From NCBI GenBank assembly GCA_048941285.1, contig JBHLNS010000002.1, forward strand, positions 64,001 to 128,000: DNA of 64,000 bases. The letters run 5' to 3'. Source of the DNA: Promethearchaeota archaeon (lineage in GTDB: Archaea > Asgardarchaeota > Lokiarchaeia > Sigyniarchaeales > SOKP01). A program made the position numbers and the translations under genes. Position 1 is the stretch's first letter. Each line of letters starts with the position of its first letter. Of this stretch, positions 39,707 to 49,299 are shown one piece after another. A model generated the notes under the pieces. That model made no database searches and was not told the origin of the DNA. It was given only the letters and a program-made list of their open reading frames with translations.

Positions 39707-42178
39707 ATGTCTGGTAAGCAATCGAATTCTAATTCTTCAAAAAAGTCAAATACATCTGAGCATAAAGCAGAAGCTAAAAGAAAAAAACAGCAATTTAAAC
39801 CAGTAAAATTACGCAAGATTTCAAAACCGGGAAAATTAGGAGTAAGATATAAGCTTAAAGATTACATTACACAACAAAGGATAAAGATAGGAAATTTAAA
39901 ATCTAGAGTTAAAACTCGATTTTATGATAAAATAATACATCAAGAAGTTTATATAGGCGGTAAGGAGCCAAAATCCTATTGTTATGAAAAGAAATTTTGG
40001 GGACTATATGGAATATTTATTTTTTATTCTCTAATCTTAATTATAGCAATTAATATTCCAGAAAGCACATGGATTCAATTTTTAATGTTTGGGAATCCGT
40101 TTGCTTTTTCAAATACAATTATAGCATTCCTACTAGTATTATCCTTCTTATTCAGTATAGATAAAGTGAGAATTTTTATTTTCGAGGAAAAATCTGCTCT
40201 TAAGCAGTTTATATTATATGTAACTCTTATTGGCATATTGTACGTTCTTTTTCTATATATTGGTACGAGTATCAACTTTCTAACATATTTGCTTACATTG
40301 GCAATGATTTGGTTAATTTTGTTAAGTAGTCGGTTTTATATTTATTCGAGGAAGTTTGCAACGAAAATTGAAGCAAGGTTTATTAAAAAATATTCAATTC
40401 CTAGACGTTTTTTTGCCATGATAATTCCCTTTTTTATACTAGGAGTGCTTGTAGTAATATCATTGTTTTATCGGAGTTTTTTGGTATGGTTATCTTTAGA
40501 TATTTTTGGAGCTGCTGATCCCAGTAATGCAGTGAAAGTGTATAATCTTCAAATGCGGCAGGTGATGCCCTTAATATACTTTAGTTTAGTAATGACACTA
40601 ATGTTCATTATTTTCGAATTTGTTTTTTCAAGAAAACGAGCAGAAACTAAAAGAGCAGGTACCTTTGATAATTTTACTTTTTCATTAATAGTCTTTTTCA
40701 TTTTTTTCTTTCAAATTCTGCAAATAAGTATTTACATGATGCTTCAAGACTCTACTATTGATGCTTTTAAATCAACAATTGGAGCGACAGGCTCAGCTGT
40801 TTCCTATATTTTTATATTCGAGTTTATAATTTCTATGTACTTCTTATATCGAATTGTACGGAAACTTGGTAGAAGTTTAGGATGGAGAATTTTTTTCTTT
40901 AAGAAAGATGGGTTGATATTATTAAGCTTAGCTTGCGTATTCGCTCAAACATTAACACGTTTTACTCTTTCTCCCGATGTTCAAATATCTAATCAGATAA
41001 TATCTGATGTTGGTACATTTTTAATGGCTGATAAGTATATTATTTCTGTGTTAATGATTTTTTTCCTAGGTAGCACATTATTAATCTATTATCTCAAACC
41101 TCAAGAAACCTCAATGTTTATGAGATTACAAAAAGAAACCGTAATGGAAGAAGAAAGAAGCATGGACCGGGTTTATAAAATAATAAGGGGAGAATACATT
41201 AGAAGAGGTGAAGCATACCCGATTGAAATCATTGAAAGAGAATTAATCAAAGCAACTCAATTATCAAAAACCAATATATATGCAGTCTTGGAAGAATTAG
41301 CTAAAAAAGATATGGATATTCTTTTAACAGAAAAAAAAAATGAGTTTGGAAAACCTATTAAAATGATTGATTTTGTATCTGTAACTGAGCGTTTCGAAAA
41401 AAAAGGGCTTGCTCAACAAAAAGCTAGAAGATATTTAAGTGAAAGATTATATGAAACAGCAATAGAGAAGAAAAGTAGAACTAGCAGGTTAAGTACTGAT
41501 AACGAAGTTGATGAGCCTTCAGATACTTTTATCTCATCACTTACCACTCATTATGAAAAGAAAGAAAGAGATAAGGAATTACGTCAAAAAAAATTAAGAA
41601 GCACACAAATTAGGTTCACAGAATTCGACATTTCTTTAAAAGATAAAATTAAAGAGATTATAAGAAAAGAATATATTTATCGAATTGAAAACCCAGAAAA
41701 AATAGAAGAAATATCCATTCCTATCTCTGAAATTTCTAGTCAAATTGAAAGAAGATTAAAAATTAATCCCGGTGAATTTTATCTTCTTTTAGAAGATTTA
41801 AGTAATAACGATATAGAATTATCATTAATTGATAATCCTGAAGAACCTGAAGATAAAAAGATTTTATTCTTACCATTCCTAGATAAGGGTATGAGTTATT
41901 CCTTAGCTAATTTTAGACCTGAGGAATATTCCAATTTTAGAATCTCTATTATTAAAAACTTTTTAAAAGCTCTTAAAACAAAGAAAGAAAAAAGAATACT
42001 CTATCAATTAAAGAAAGAGATCAATGAGCAAACCGAGACTCAAAAATCTTGGAATTACTTATTAAATACTTTATATAAATATTATCCACTATACACGGAA
42101 CAAATTTTTCAAGTTCCAAATACACAAAAGCTATTAGACCAGTTAGAAAAATGGAAAAGGGTATTTAATGAGAATTAG
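39707..42178 (+). CDS. large multi-pass membrane protein with basic N-terminus and duplicated C-terminal soluble domain
   Basis: About 10 TM segments then two related repeats (KIIRGEYIRR.. / EIIRKEYIYR..); probable start ATG 39707. Confidence 0.8.
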   Translation: MSGKQSNSNSSKKSNTSEHKAEAKRKKQQFKPVKLRKISKPGKLGVRYKLKDYITQQRIKIGNLKSRVKTRFYDKIIHQEVYIGGKEPKSYCYEKKFWGLYGIFIFYSLILIIAINIPESTWIQFLMFGNPFAFSNTIIAFLLVLSFLFSIDKVRIFIFEEKSALKQFILYVTLIGILYVLFLYIGTSINFLTYLLTLAMIWLILLSSRFYIYSRKFATKIEARFIKKYSIPRRFFAMIIPFFILGVLVVISLFYRSFLVWLSLDIFGAADPSNAVKVYNLQMRQVMPLIYFSLVMTLMFIIFEFVFSRKRAETKRAGTFDNFTFSLIVFFIFFFQILQISIYMMLQDSTIDAFKSTIGATGSAVSYIFIFEFIISMYFLYRIVRKLGRSLGWRIFFFKKDGLILLSLACVFAQTLTRFTLSPDVQISNQIISDVGTFLMADKYIISVLMIFFLGSTLLIYYLKPQETSMFMRLQKETVMEEERSMDRVYKIIRGEYIRRGEAYPIEIIERELIKATQLSKTNIYAVLEELAKKDMDILLTEKKNEFGKPIKMIDFVSVTERFEKKGLAQQKARRYLSERLYETAIEKKSRTSRLSTDNEVDEPSDTFISSLTTHYEKKERDKELRQKKLRSTQIRFTEFDISLKDKIKEIIRKEYIYRIENPEKIEEISIPISEISSQIERRLKINPGEFYLLLEDLSNNDIELSLIDNPEEPEDKKILFLPFLDKGMSYSLANFRPEEYSNFRISIIKNFLKALKTKKEKRILYQLKKEINEQTETQKSWNYLLNTLYKYYPLYTEQIFQVPNTQKLLDQLEKWKRVFNEN

Positions 42179-42328
42179 GAATTATTAAAAATCTTCAATA
42201 CGTCTGAATTTTAATCTTATATAAAATATTTAGAGCGTTTTTCTTATTATAAAATTCGATCATTAAGGATTAGATAATTTTAGAAAAGAAATTACTTTCA
42301 TTTAATTAAAGAATTTTATGTTTTAAAT

Positions 42329-43678
42329 ATGACAAGATTGTCTACTATAAAACTCACAAAAACACCTCTAAAGGTATTTTCAGGTTTATCCTCTTTCCAA
42401 ATAATCGCAATGTTTAGGAGGGGTCTTTTTTATACTTATTTATCTTTATATATGAGATATTTCTTGTTTTTATCGGTTTTTGAAACCACATTATATGCTA
42501 CACTCCCAATGATAATGAGTATTGTTTTCCAAAATTTCGTGTGGGGGCCATTAAGTGATAAAATTCAACGTCGTAGGACATTAATAGTACTAGGGGAGAT
42601 TTTAGCAGGAATAGGGACTTTAGTTGTTTGGGGTATTCATTTTCTATTAGTAAGTGCTGACACATTAGGTTATTCTATTAGTATTTTAGGAATTACTTAT
42701 AGCAGTTTATATATTTCTGGATATGTTATTATTATAGGGCTCAGTTTCGTAGAAATGTTTTGGTCAATGTCAAATATTGGTTGGAGTGCTTTAATTAGTG
42801 ATTTGTATCCTTCGGAAAAAAGAAGTAAAATAATGGGCCAATTAACTGGTCTTGGAGGATTGGGTCGTATTTTTGGAATATTTATTGGTGGAATTTTATA
42901 TGATAATGGATATGGCTTTAGAAATGGAATATTATTTATTGTAGCTTCTTCATTTATGTTTATATCTACAATTCCGATGCTAGTTTTAAGTCCTGAAGGA
43001 GGTATTTGCATTGAAAATAAGGAAGATGCTGGAATCTCAGAAATAAATTATAATAATAATCAAAAGAGTATCATACTTTTTGTTATATTTATAATTGCAC
43101 TTGCGGCAATAAATTTTGGGAGAAATTCAATTGCAATTCCTTATTCACAGTACCTTTATTTGAAAGATGGGTTTAATGTAGATACTATAACACTCAGTTT
43201 TATTACAAATTCCCGTTCGATAGCAACATTAATAATTGGCTTTACAGCTGGAACCTTGAGTAATAAGTTTGGCCATTCAAGAACTTTAATTATAGGTACA
43301 ACAATAGGGATTATTGCTTTAATAATTACAGCAATGACCTCAAATTTATCTATTATTTTTGTAGGAAGCTTTTTGATTGGAGCTGCCGAGGTGCTAATTT
43401 ATGCATCTTCATATGCCATTGCCTCATTTTTAATACCATCAAGAATGCGTGCTAAATTGTTTGCGGTATACAATGCTACATTCTTTCTATCATGGGGTAT
43501 AGCTGGTACATTATTTTTAGCACCTATAATAGATTTTTTAATTAGTGAAGGAACAAATAAAGTATTTGCTTATCAAATGGGATTCTATATAGCAGCAATT
43601 GTCTGTTTAATTGGACTTTTGATCTTTATAGGTTTAGAAATATGGACAAAAATCCAAAAATCAAAAAGTGTAAAATAA
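42329..43678 (+). CDS. MFS transporter
   Basis: WGPLSDKIQRRR motif A, ISDLYPSEKRSKIMG, about 12 TM. Confidence 0.9.
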   Translation: MTRLSTIKLTKTPLKVFSGLSSFQIIAMFRRGLFYTYLSLYMRYFLFLSVFETTLYATLPMIMSIVFQNFVWGPLSDKIQRRRTLIVLGEILAGIGTLVVWGIHFLLVSADTLGYSISILGITYSSLYISGYVIIIGLSFVEMFWSMSNIGWSALISDLYPSEKRSKIMGQLTGLGGLGRIFGIFIGGILYDNGYGFRNGILFIVASSFMFISTIPMLVLSPEGGICIENKEDAGISEINYNNNQKSIILFVIFIIALAAINFGRNSIAIPYSQYLYLKDGFNVDTITLSFITNSRSIATLIIGFTAGTLSNKFGHSRTLIIGTTIGIIALIITAMTSNLSIIFVGSFLIGAAEVLIYASSYAIASFLIPSRMRAKLFAVYNATFFLSWGIAGTLFLAPIIDFLISEGTNKVFAYQMGFYIAAIVCLIGLLIFIGLEIWTKIQKSKSVK

Positions 43679-43688
43679 AAATTAAAAT

Positions 43689-43871
43689 TTAAAGATTAGT
43701 ATCCCTACAACAATCTTCACATTTTAGCTCATCTAAGGGAAGATATCCACAATTTGGTCCCATGTTACACTCAAATCGGTTCTTTTCTTCATTATAAATC
43801 ATATCTTCTGAACAACATTTAGGGATAGTATCCATTACTTTACCGCATCCCGCACATTTGTATAAACCCAT
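43689..43871 (-). CDS. small Cys-rich metal-binding protein
   Basis: MGLYKCAGCGKVMDTIPKCCSEDM..ECNMGPNCG..CEDCC; directly downstream of copA. Confidence 0.75.
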   Translation of the reverse strand: MGLYKCAGCGKVMDTIPKCCSEDMIYNEEKNRFECNMGPNCGYLPLDELKCEDCCRDTNL

Positions 43872-43898
43872 TTTTAAATTCACTTTTGCAAAATATTA

Positions 43899-46796
43899 TT
43901 ATTCAATTATTTCCATAGGTTTACCGTGATGCTCTGGTAAGGGTTGAACTCCACAGGAGGCCCCCATCCAACAGACAAGTTCGTTTCCTTCTTTATGCAT
44001 TGGTTTTCCACAATGCATTGGAAGTTCTTGTTCCATTCCACATTCTGAACATTTCAATTTTCCCATTTTTTTATCATCCTCTTTTTTTTGTATAATTTGA
44101 TTTTCTTTTTCTTTTATCTTATTATTTGAAGAACTTTTCATTTGCATTAATTTTGGATCCATAGCATCATAATTCTTATATCTTTCAGGATCCGTTTTGA
44201 AGTGCGCTTCACAATTAGAACTACAAAAATGATAAATAATATTTTTATATTCGTATTCAATAGCCCGTCTTGGGTCAATTTCCATACCACATACCGGATC
44301 TCTTACTTTTTTTTGAGAAAGTAATAATCTTTCTTCTTCAATTTGCTGCGGTGTTTTTGGTTCATATCTTTTCAAGAACAAAGCATTTGTAACTACTGAA
44401 ACTGAACTTGTAGCCATAAAAACAGCTGCTAAGTAAGGGGGTAAAAATAATCCGGTTACAGCGTATAAAAGCCCAGCAGCGATTGGGATTCCAATAAGAT
44501 TATAAATAAAAGCCCAGAATAGATTTGTTATCATTTTTTTATAAGTTTTTTTAGATAAATTTATTGCAGATACAACATTTCTCACATCTCCTCTCATAAG
44601 GACAATGTCTGCAGTTTCAATAGCAACATCAGTCCCAGAACCTATTGCAATTCCTACGTCAGCTTGAGCTAATGCTGGCGCATCGTTTATTCCATCACCT
44701 ACCATTCCAACAATTTTATGGTCTCCAGATTCTTGCAATTTTTGTATAGTCAAAGCTTTTTCATTTGGTAACACTTCTGCTAAAATGTGTTGATCATCTA
44801 TTTTTAATTGTTTTCCAATAGTAAGTGCAGTTTGCTTATTATCACCTGTTAACATGAAAATATCTAATCCCATCTCTCGTAATTTATCTAAAGCATAAGG
44901 AGTCTGTTCTTTTATTTTATCAGAAATACCTATTATTCCCCTGATTTCATTATCAATGGCTATTAAAACTGTTGTAATACCTTGTTTTTGATATTCATTA
45001 AATTTGATCTCATAATCTCCAATCTCTATATTTTGATCAAACATTAATTTATCGTTCCCTATCAAAACTGTTTTTCGCTTAATAATAGTTTTGATACCTT
45101 TACCTGGAATTGCATCAAATTCAGTGGGGGATTCAAGAGATAATCCTCTTTGATTTGCTTCCTCGATAATTGCTCTTCCAAGAGGGTGTTCAGAGCCCAT
45201 TTCCGCACTACCTGCATAAATTAGTAATTCATTTTCATCATAGCCCGAATTGTTCATTTGTTGTTCAGTAAAAATTGCTGAAACTTTAGGTTTGCCTATA
45301 GTTAAAGTACCTGTTTTATCAAAGACGATAGTATTAATAGTATTAATAGACTCCAGAGAATCACCTCCTTTTATAAGAAGCCCATTTTCTGCACCTTTTC
45401 CTGTACCAACCATTACAGCAGTTGGAATTGCTAATCCTAAAGCACAAGGACATGCTATGACTACTACAGATGTAAATACTAACAAGGATGTTTCAAGTCT
45501 AGCTGCTTGAAGTACTGGGAAAATCTGAGTTCCAATAAAGTACCAGTAAAGAAACGAGCTAATCGCAATGATAATCACTAATGGTACAAAATAATTACTT
45601 ACTTTATCAGCTAACTGTTGCTTAGCCGCTTTCCGACTTTGAGCTTGCTTTACGAAATCTATTATTTGAAATAGTAATGTATCTTTACCTATTTTTTCAG
45701 TTTCCATATGAAACAATCCAGTTTGATTAACTGTTGCTCCAATTACTTTACTATCAACTTCCTTCTTAACATATTTACTTTCTCCTGTTATCATTGCCTC
45801 ATCTACTTTGGTTTTTCCTTTAATTACTCTTCCATCAACAGGAATTTTTTCACCAGGTCTTACTACCAATATATCTCCAACTTCAATTTCTTCGATTGGA
45901 ATTTCTATTTCTTCACCATCTTTTAAGATGGTTGCTGTTTTTGGTTGTAAACCTATTAACTTTTTTATGGCTTCAGATGTTTGACCTTTAGTTTTGTGTT
46001 CAAGATATTTTCCGACTAGTAGAAATGTAATAATCATACTCATTGCTTCATAGAAGGTTTTCCCTGGAATAAAGAACGTAGTTAAAATAGAATAAATAAA
46101 TGCTGTAGTAGTACCTAATGCAATTAAAACATCCATATTTGTTGACTTATTTTTCAAAGATCGATAAGCTCCAATTAAGAAAAATGACCCTGAAATCAAA
46201 TAATTAGCCGTTGCTAAAAAAAATAGAATTAAATTCCTCTCAAAAGAATCTATTACAAACCAGCTTATAGGAGCAATAATTAATGAGAATATTAATGAAA
46301 TAATCATTATTCGTAATCTGTATCTCATTTCTTTTTTATGTTTAATAATTTCCATATCCATTACTCCAGCAGATTTTTCAATATTATGCCCTAATTGCTT
46401 AATTTTTGAATAGAGCCCATTCTCATCAATTAGCAATTCATTGAATTCAATAAACATCTTAGAAGCTTTATAATTACCTCTGATCTCATAAATTCCCTTA
46501 ATGGTTTTTATTTTTGTAATGAAATCTTCAAATTCACTTTCCGAAAGCTCTTCTACAACTTTTATATCAATTTTTGCAAGTGATGCTTTATAGCCTAGAT
46601 CTCGAATTGCTTCTTTAAATTTAGTAAAATCGACTGTCTTTGGATTGTAGTCAACTGTTGCTTCTTCATTAGCAAAATTAACTACTGCTGTATTAACCCC
46701 CCCAAGACTATTTAATTTAGTTTCAATCTTTAATGCACAATTAGCACATGTCATTCCACCTAATTTTATATTCACCTTTTCTTTAGTTTCTGTCAC
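43899..46796 (-). CDS. copA: Cu(+)-exporting P1B-type ATPase with HMA, YHS and extra Cys/His C-terminal domains
   Basis: [45 protein letters not shown]; [14 protein letters not shown] (YHS). Confidence 0.93.
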   Translation of the reverse strand: MTETKEKVNIKLGGMTCANCALKIETKLNSLGGVNTAVVNFANEEATVDYNPKTVDFTKFKEAIRDLGYKASLAKIDIKVVEELSESEFEDFITKIKTIKGIYEIRGNYKASKMFIEFNELLIDENGLYSKIKQLGHNIEKSAGVMDMEIIKHKKEMRYRLRIMIISLIFSLIIAPISWFVIDSFERNLILFFLATANYLISGSFFLIGAYRSLKNKSTNMDVLIALGTTTAFIYSILTTFFIPGKTFYEAMSMIITFLLVGKYLEHKTKGQTSEAIKKLIGLQPKTATILKDGEEIEIPIEEIEVGDILVVRPGEKIPVDGRVIKGKTKVDEAMITGESKYVKKEVDSKVIGATVNQTGLFHMETEKIGKDTLLFQIIDFVKQAQSRKAAKQQLADKVSNYFVPLVIIIAISSFLYWYFIGTQIFPVLQAARLETSLLVFTSVVVIACPCALGLAIPTAVMVGTGKGAENGLLIKGGDSLESINTINTIVFDKTGTLTIGKPKVSAIFTEQQMNNSGYDENELLIYAGSAEMGSEHPLGRAIIEEANQRGLSLESPTEFDAIPGKGIKTIIKRKTVLIGNDKLMFDQNIEIGDYEIKFNEYQKQGITTVLIAIDNEIRGIIGISDKIKEQTPYALDKLREMGLDIFMLTGDNKQTALTIGKQLKIDDQHILAEVLPNEKALTIQKLQESGDHKIVGMVGDGINDAPALAQADVGIAIGSGTDVAIETADIVLMRGDVRNVVSAINLSKKTYKKMITNLFWAFIYNLIGIPIAAGLLYAVTGLFLPPYLAAVFMATSSVSVVTNALFLKRYEPKTPQQIEEERLLLSQKKVRDPVCGMEIDPRRAIEYEYKNIIYHFCSSNCEAHFKTDPERYKNYDAMDPKLMQMKSSSNNKIKEKENQIIQKKEDDKKMGKLKCSECGMEQELPMHCGKPMHKEGNELVCWMGASCGVQPLPEHHGKPMEIIE

Positions 46797-46934
46797 AATA
46801 TTTCACCTTTTTCTAATATTTCTACTACCAAATTTATTAATTATACCTTTTGATTATAATTTGTAAATTAAATTTACATCCTATTTTTAAGAAGGCTCTA
46901 TTTGAATCGTCTAATTTATAAAAATTCAAATATA

Positions 46935-47237
46935 TCATATTCTTTCCCCACAATAAGGACAAAATTTCACATCTTTGTCATATAATTTTTGACCACAATT
47001 ATGGCAAAAATTAGCTTTTATTGATTCTTTAAAATCAGGAATATATGGATTTCCTCTATCATTATTAATTATGTTATCTTTTAATTGATTTCTAGATTTA
47101 GAAATGTTAATATAATGATTATAAAGGTAAGCAAACGCAATTATTAATAATAGTATAGCTCCTGCACATAAAATCATAAAAATCCAACTTTCAAATCCTA
47201 TATCCATCATGTGGCTAAAATAATCATGATAAATCAT
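46935..47237 (-). CDS. small membrane-anchored zinc-ribbon protein
   Basis: His/Met-containing N-terminus, one TM, FCHNCG..FCPYCG. Confidence 0.75.
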   Translation of the reverse strand: MIYHDYFSHMMDIGFESWIFMILCAGAILLLIIAFAYLYNHYINISKSRNQLKDNIINNDRGNPYIPDFKESIKANFCHNCGQKLYDKDVKFCPYCGERI

Positions 47238-47272
47238 TTATCCACCTTGTTTAAAATAAATTTAATTCTATG

Positions 47273-47294
47273 ATATATACTGAATAGTATATAT
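47273..47294. promoter_or_regulatory. palindromic candidate operator between divergent copper genes
   Basis: ATATATACT-gaat-AGTATATAT, perfect 9-bp inverted repeat. Confidence 0.5.
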
Positions 47295-47355
47295 TTAAAC
47301 ATAACTATTATAAAATATATACACTATTTTTTTATCATATTAATTCAATATTAAC

Positions 47356-47817
47356 TTGATTGGTGAATTATATTTGGGAGAAAATGAAGACATAAAGGTT
47401 CAAAGTTTATCAAGATTTTTTATCTTAATGTTGTTAAAATCAGAAAATTCTATTACAGGTTATTCTATTCTGAAACGACTTGATAAAGATTTGCATATGA
47501 CAGCTAGTCCTACCTATGTTTATGATTTTTTGAAAAAATTAAAGGAGGAAGGATATATTGAAGAACTTCCTACCCCAAAATCAAAAAGATCTAAGGGTTT
47601 TAGATTAACTACTTCTGGAAGTGCTTTTGTCGATAGAATTTTCTCAAGATTTGATAGCTTAATTGAAGTAACAATCCAATCAAAATTAAAAATATGTGCT
47701 AGTTGTGGAGTTAAACTTTATGAAGATTTTCATGTGGAAATAATTCATGGGAAGGAATTAAATTTTTGCTGCAAACATTGTGCAAAAGCATATAAAAACT
47801 CCTATAATAGCAAATGA
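47356..47817 (+). CDS. PadR-type wHTH regulator with C-terminal TRASH metal-binding domain
   Basis: ITGYSIL, SPTYVYDFLKKLKEEGYI, FRLTTSG; CASCG..FCCKHCA. Confidence 0.82.
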   Translation: MIGELYLGENEDIKVQSLSRFFILMLLKSENSITGYSILKRLDKDLHMTASPTYVYDFLKKLKEEGYIEELPTPKSKRSKGFRLTTSGSAFVDRIFSRFDSLIEVTIQSKLKICASCGVKLYEDFHVEIIHGKELNFCCKHCAKAYKNSYNSK

Positions 47818-47891
47818 ATCAATAATTAAGAATGCTGGAAATCTTATCCGGTTTTAAATTCAATTAATTTAATTATTAAATTAATCAATAA

Positions 47892-48758
47892 TTAATAATC
47901 TCCTTTCCAAGTTATTTTATATAATAAATCTTCTGTTCCAGGAATTTGAGGATTTTCAAATACCCAATTCCCTTTAATATCTAATTCCTTTGTTGTGAGA
48001 TCAAAATGACAAACAGCTATTCCAATATCTAAAGACCTAAATTTACTATATTGTATGAAACGCCTATCTCTAGGATTAATTGAATAAAAGTGAAAAATTC
48101 TTTTTTTAAATGCCTTAATAATTCTCCAAGGTTGTTTATTTCCCGCAGATGGCCCGATCTGAATCATTTCAAGTAATTTTGAATATTCTCCTATATGTTC
48201 CTTAATAATTGGATTCTTAAGATCACCTTCAAAAAACAATTGATCCCATGGTAATCGATTATCTGCTTTCGCAAATGATCGAACCAGCTTCTCTCTTACC
48301 GATCTTTGATTGTAATAACCAACTGGAGTAATAGCAGGTACAATTTCATTTGAAGTACAATGAATTTTCGCAGAAAATAGACTTCTATTGAAAAAGCCAC
48401 CTAACCAGCAAGTACCTAAACCTAAATCTGTAGCAGCCAAAACAATAGTCTCCATAAGGTATCCATAATGTTCTCGATCGTATTGAGATCTTTCAACTGC
48501 TCCTACTATAAAATCTTGAGCGCCTTTAATGAATCCATAAGTCCCTAACTTTTTCTTTTCATTTGGTTCAAAATCTGGAACACTAACAAGGCTAAACCTA
48601 ATTCTTCCAGAATACTCACTGAAGGGGCTTTTTAATGGATGATTTTCTAATAATTTAATAAATTTTTCCCTCAAATCATTTTCAAGAGGTTTTCCTGAAT
48701 AAGTCCTATGAGATGTTCGCTCTCTAATTATATCAATAATTGGTTTAGAAAAATACAT
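47892..48758 (-). CDS. nitroreductase family protein
   Basis: RTSHRTY, LGLGTCWLGG, PSAGNKQPWR, DIGIAVCHF. Confidence 0.88.
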   Translation of the reverse strand: MYFSKPIIDIIRERTSHRTYSGKPLENDLREKFIKLLENHPLKSPFSEYSGRIRFSLVSVPDFEPNEKKKLGTYGFIKGAQDFIVGAVERSQYDREHYGYLMETIVLAATDLGLGTCWLGGFFNRSLFSAKIHCTSNEIVPAITPVGYYNQRSVREKLVRSFAKADNRLPWDQLFFEGDLKNPIIKEHIGEYSKLLEMIQIGPSAGNKQPWRIIKAFKKRIFHFYSINPRDRRFIQYSKFRSLDIGIAVCHFDLTTKELDIKGNWVFENPQIPGTEDLLYKITWKGDY

Positions 48759-48827
48759 ACTATTACATTGCTTATTTTATTTATATTATTAATTTAAAAA
48801 TTCTAATTTTAATATACTGAAATTTGG

Positions 48828-49208
48828 TTACTTCTTTTTTTCCTTATATTTTTTAATCGCATCTTGCAATCCATCAGCAGCTAGATTACTACAATGCAAT
48901 TTTATGGGAGGTAGTCCATCTAAAGAATCAGCAACATCCTGTCGAGTGATTTTGAGAGCCTCATCTAATGTTTTACCTTTAGCTAATTCTGTTACCATTG
49001 ATGATGTGGCAATAGCAGCTGCACATCCAAAAGTCTGAAAAGATATATCATCAATAATCTCTTTTCCATTCTTTTCTTTCACTTTAATATAGATATACAT
49101 TAAATCTCCGCATACAGGATTTCCTACCTCTCCTACAGAATCTGCATCTTTCATTTCACCCATATTCCTCGGATTTCTAAAGTGTTCCATTACTTTTTCA
49201 GAGTATAC
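48828..49208 (-). CDS. iscU: Fe-S cluster scaffold IscU/NifU-N
   Basis: YSEKVMEHFRNPRNMG, NPVCGD, FGCAAAIA, KLHCSNL; 5' end extended to GTA at 49208. Confidence 0.93.
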   Translation of the reverse strand, partial: VYSEKVMEHFRNPRNMGEMKDADSVGEVGNPVCGDLMYIYIKVKEKNGKEIIDDISFQTFGCAAAIATSSMVTELAKGKTLDEALKITRQDVADSLDGLPPIKLHCSNLAADGLQDAIKKYKEKKK

Positions 49209-49299
49209 TTGCCATCACCTAATTGTCCATATAATTCTATGAAATATAATGATAATTTAACTTAAAGATTTATGTTTGATATATTATAAATGAGATTAA

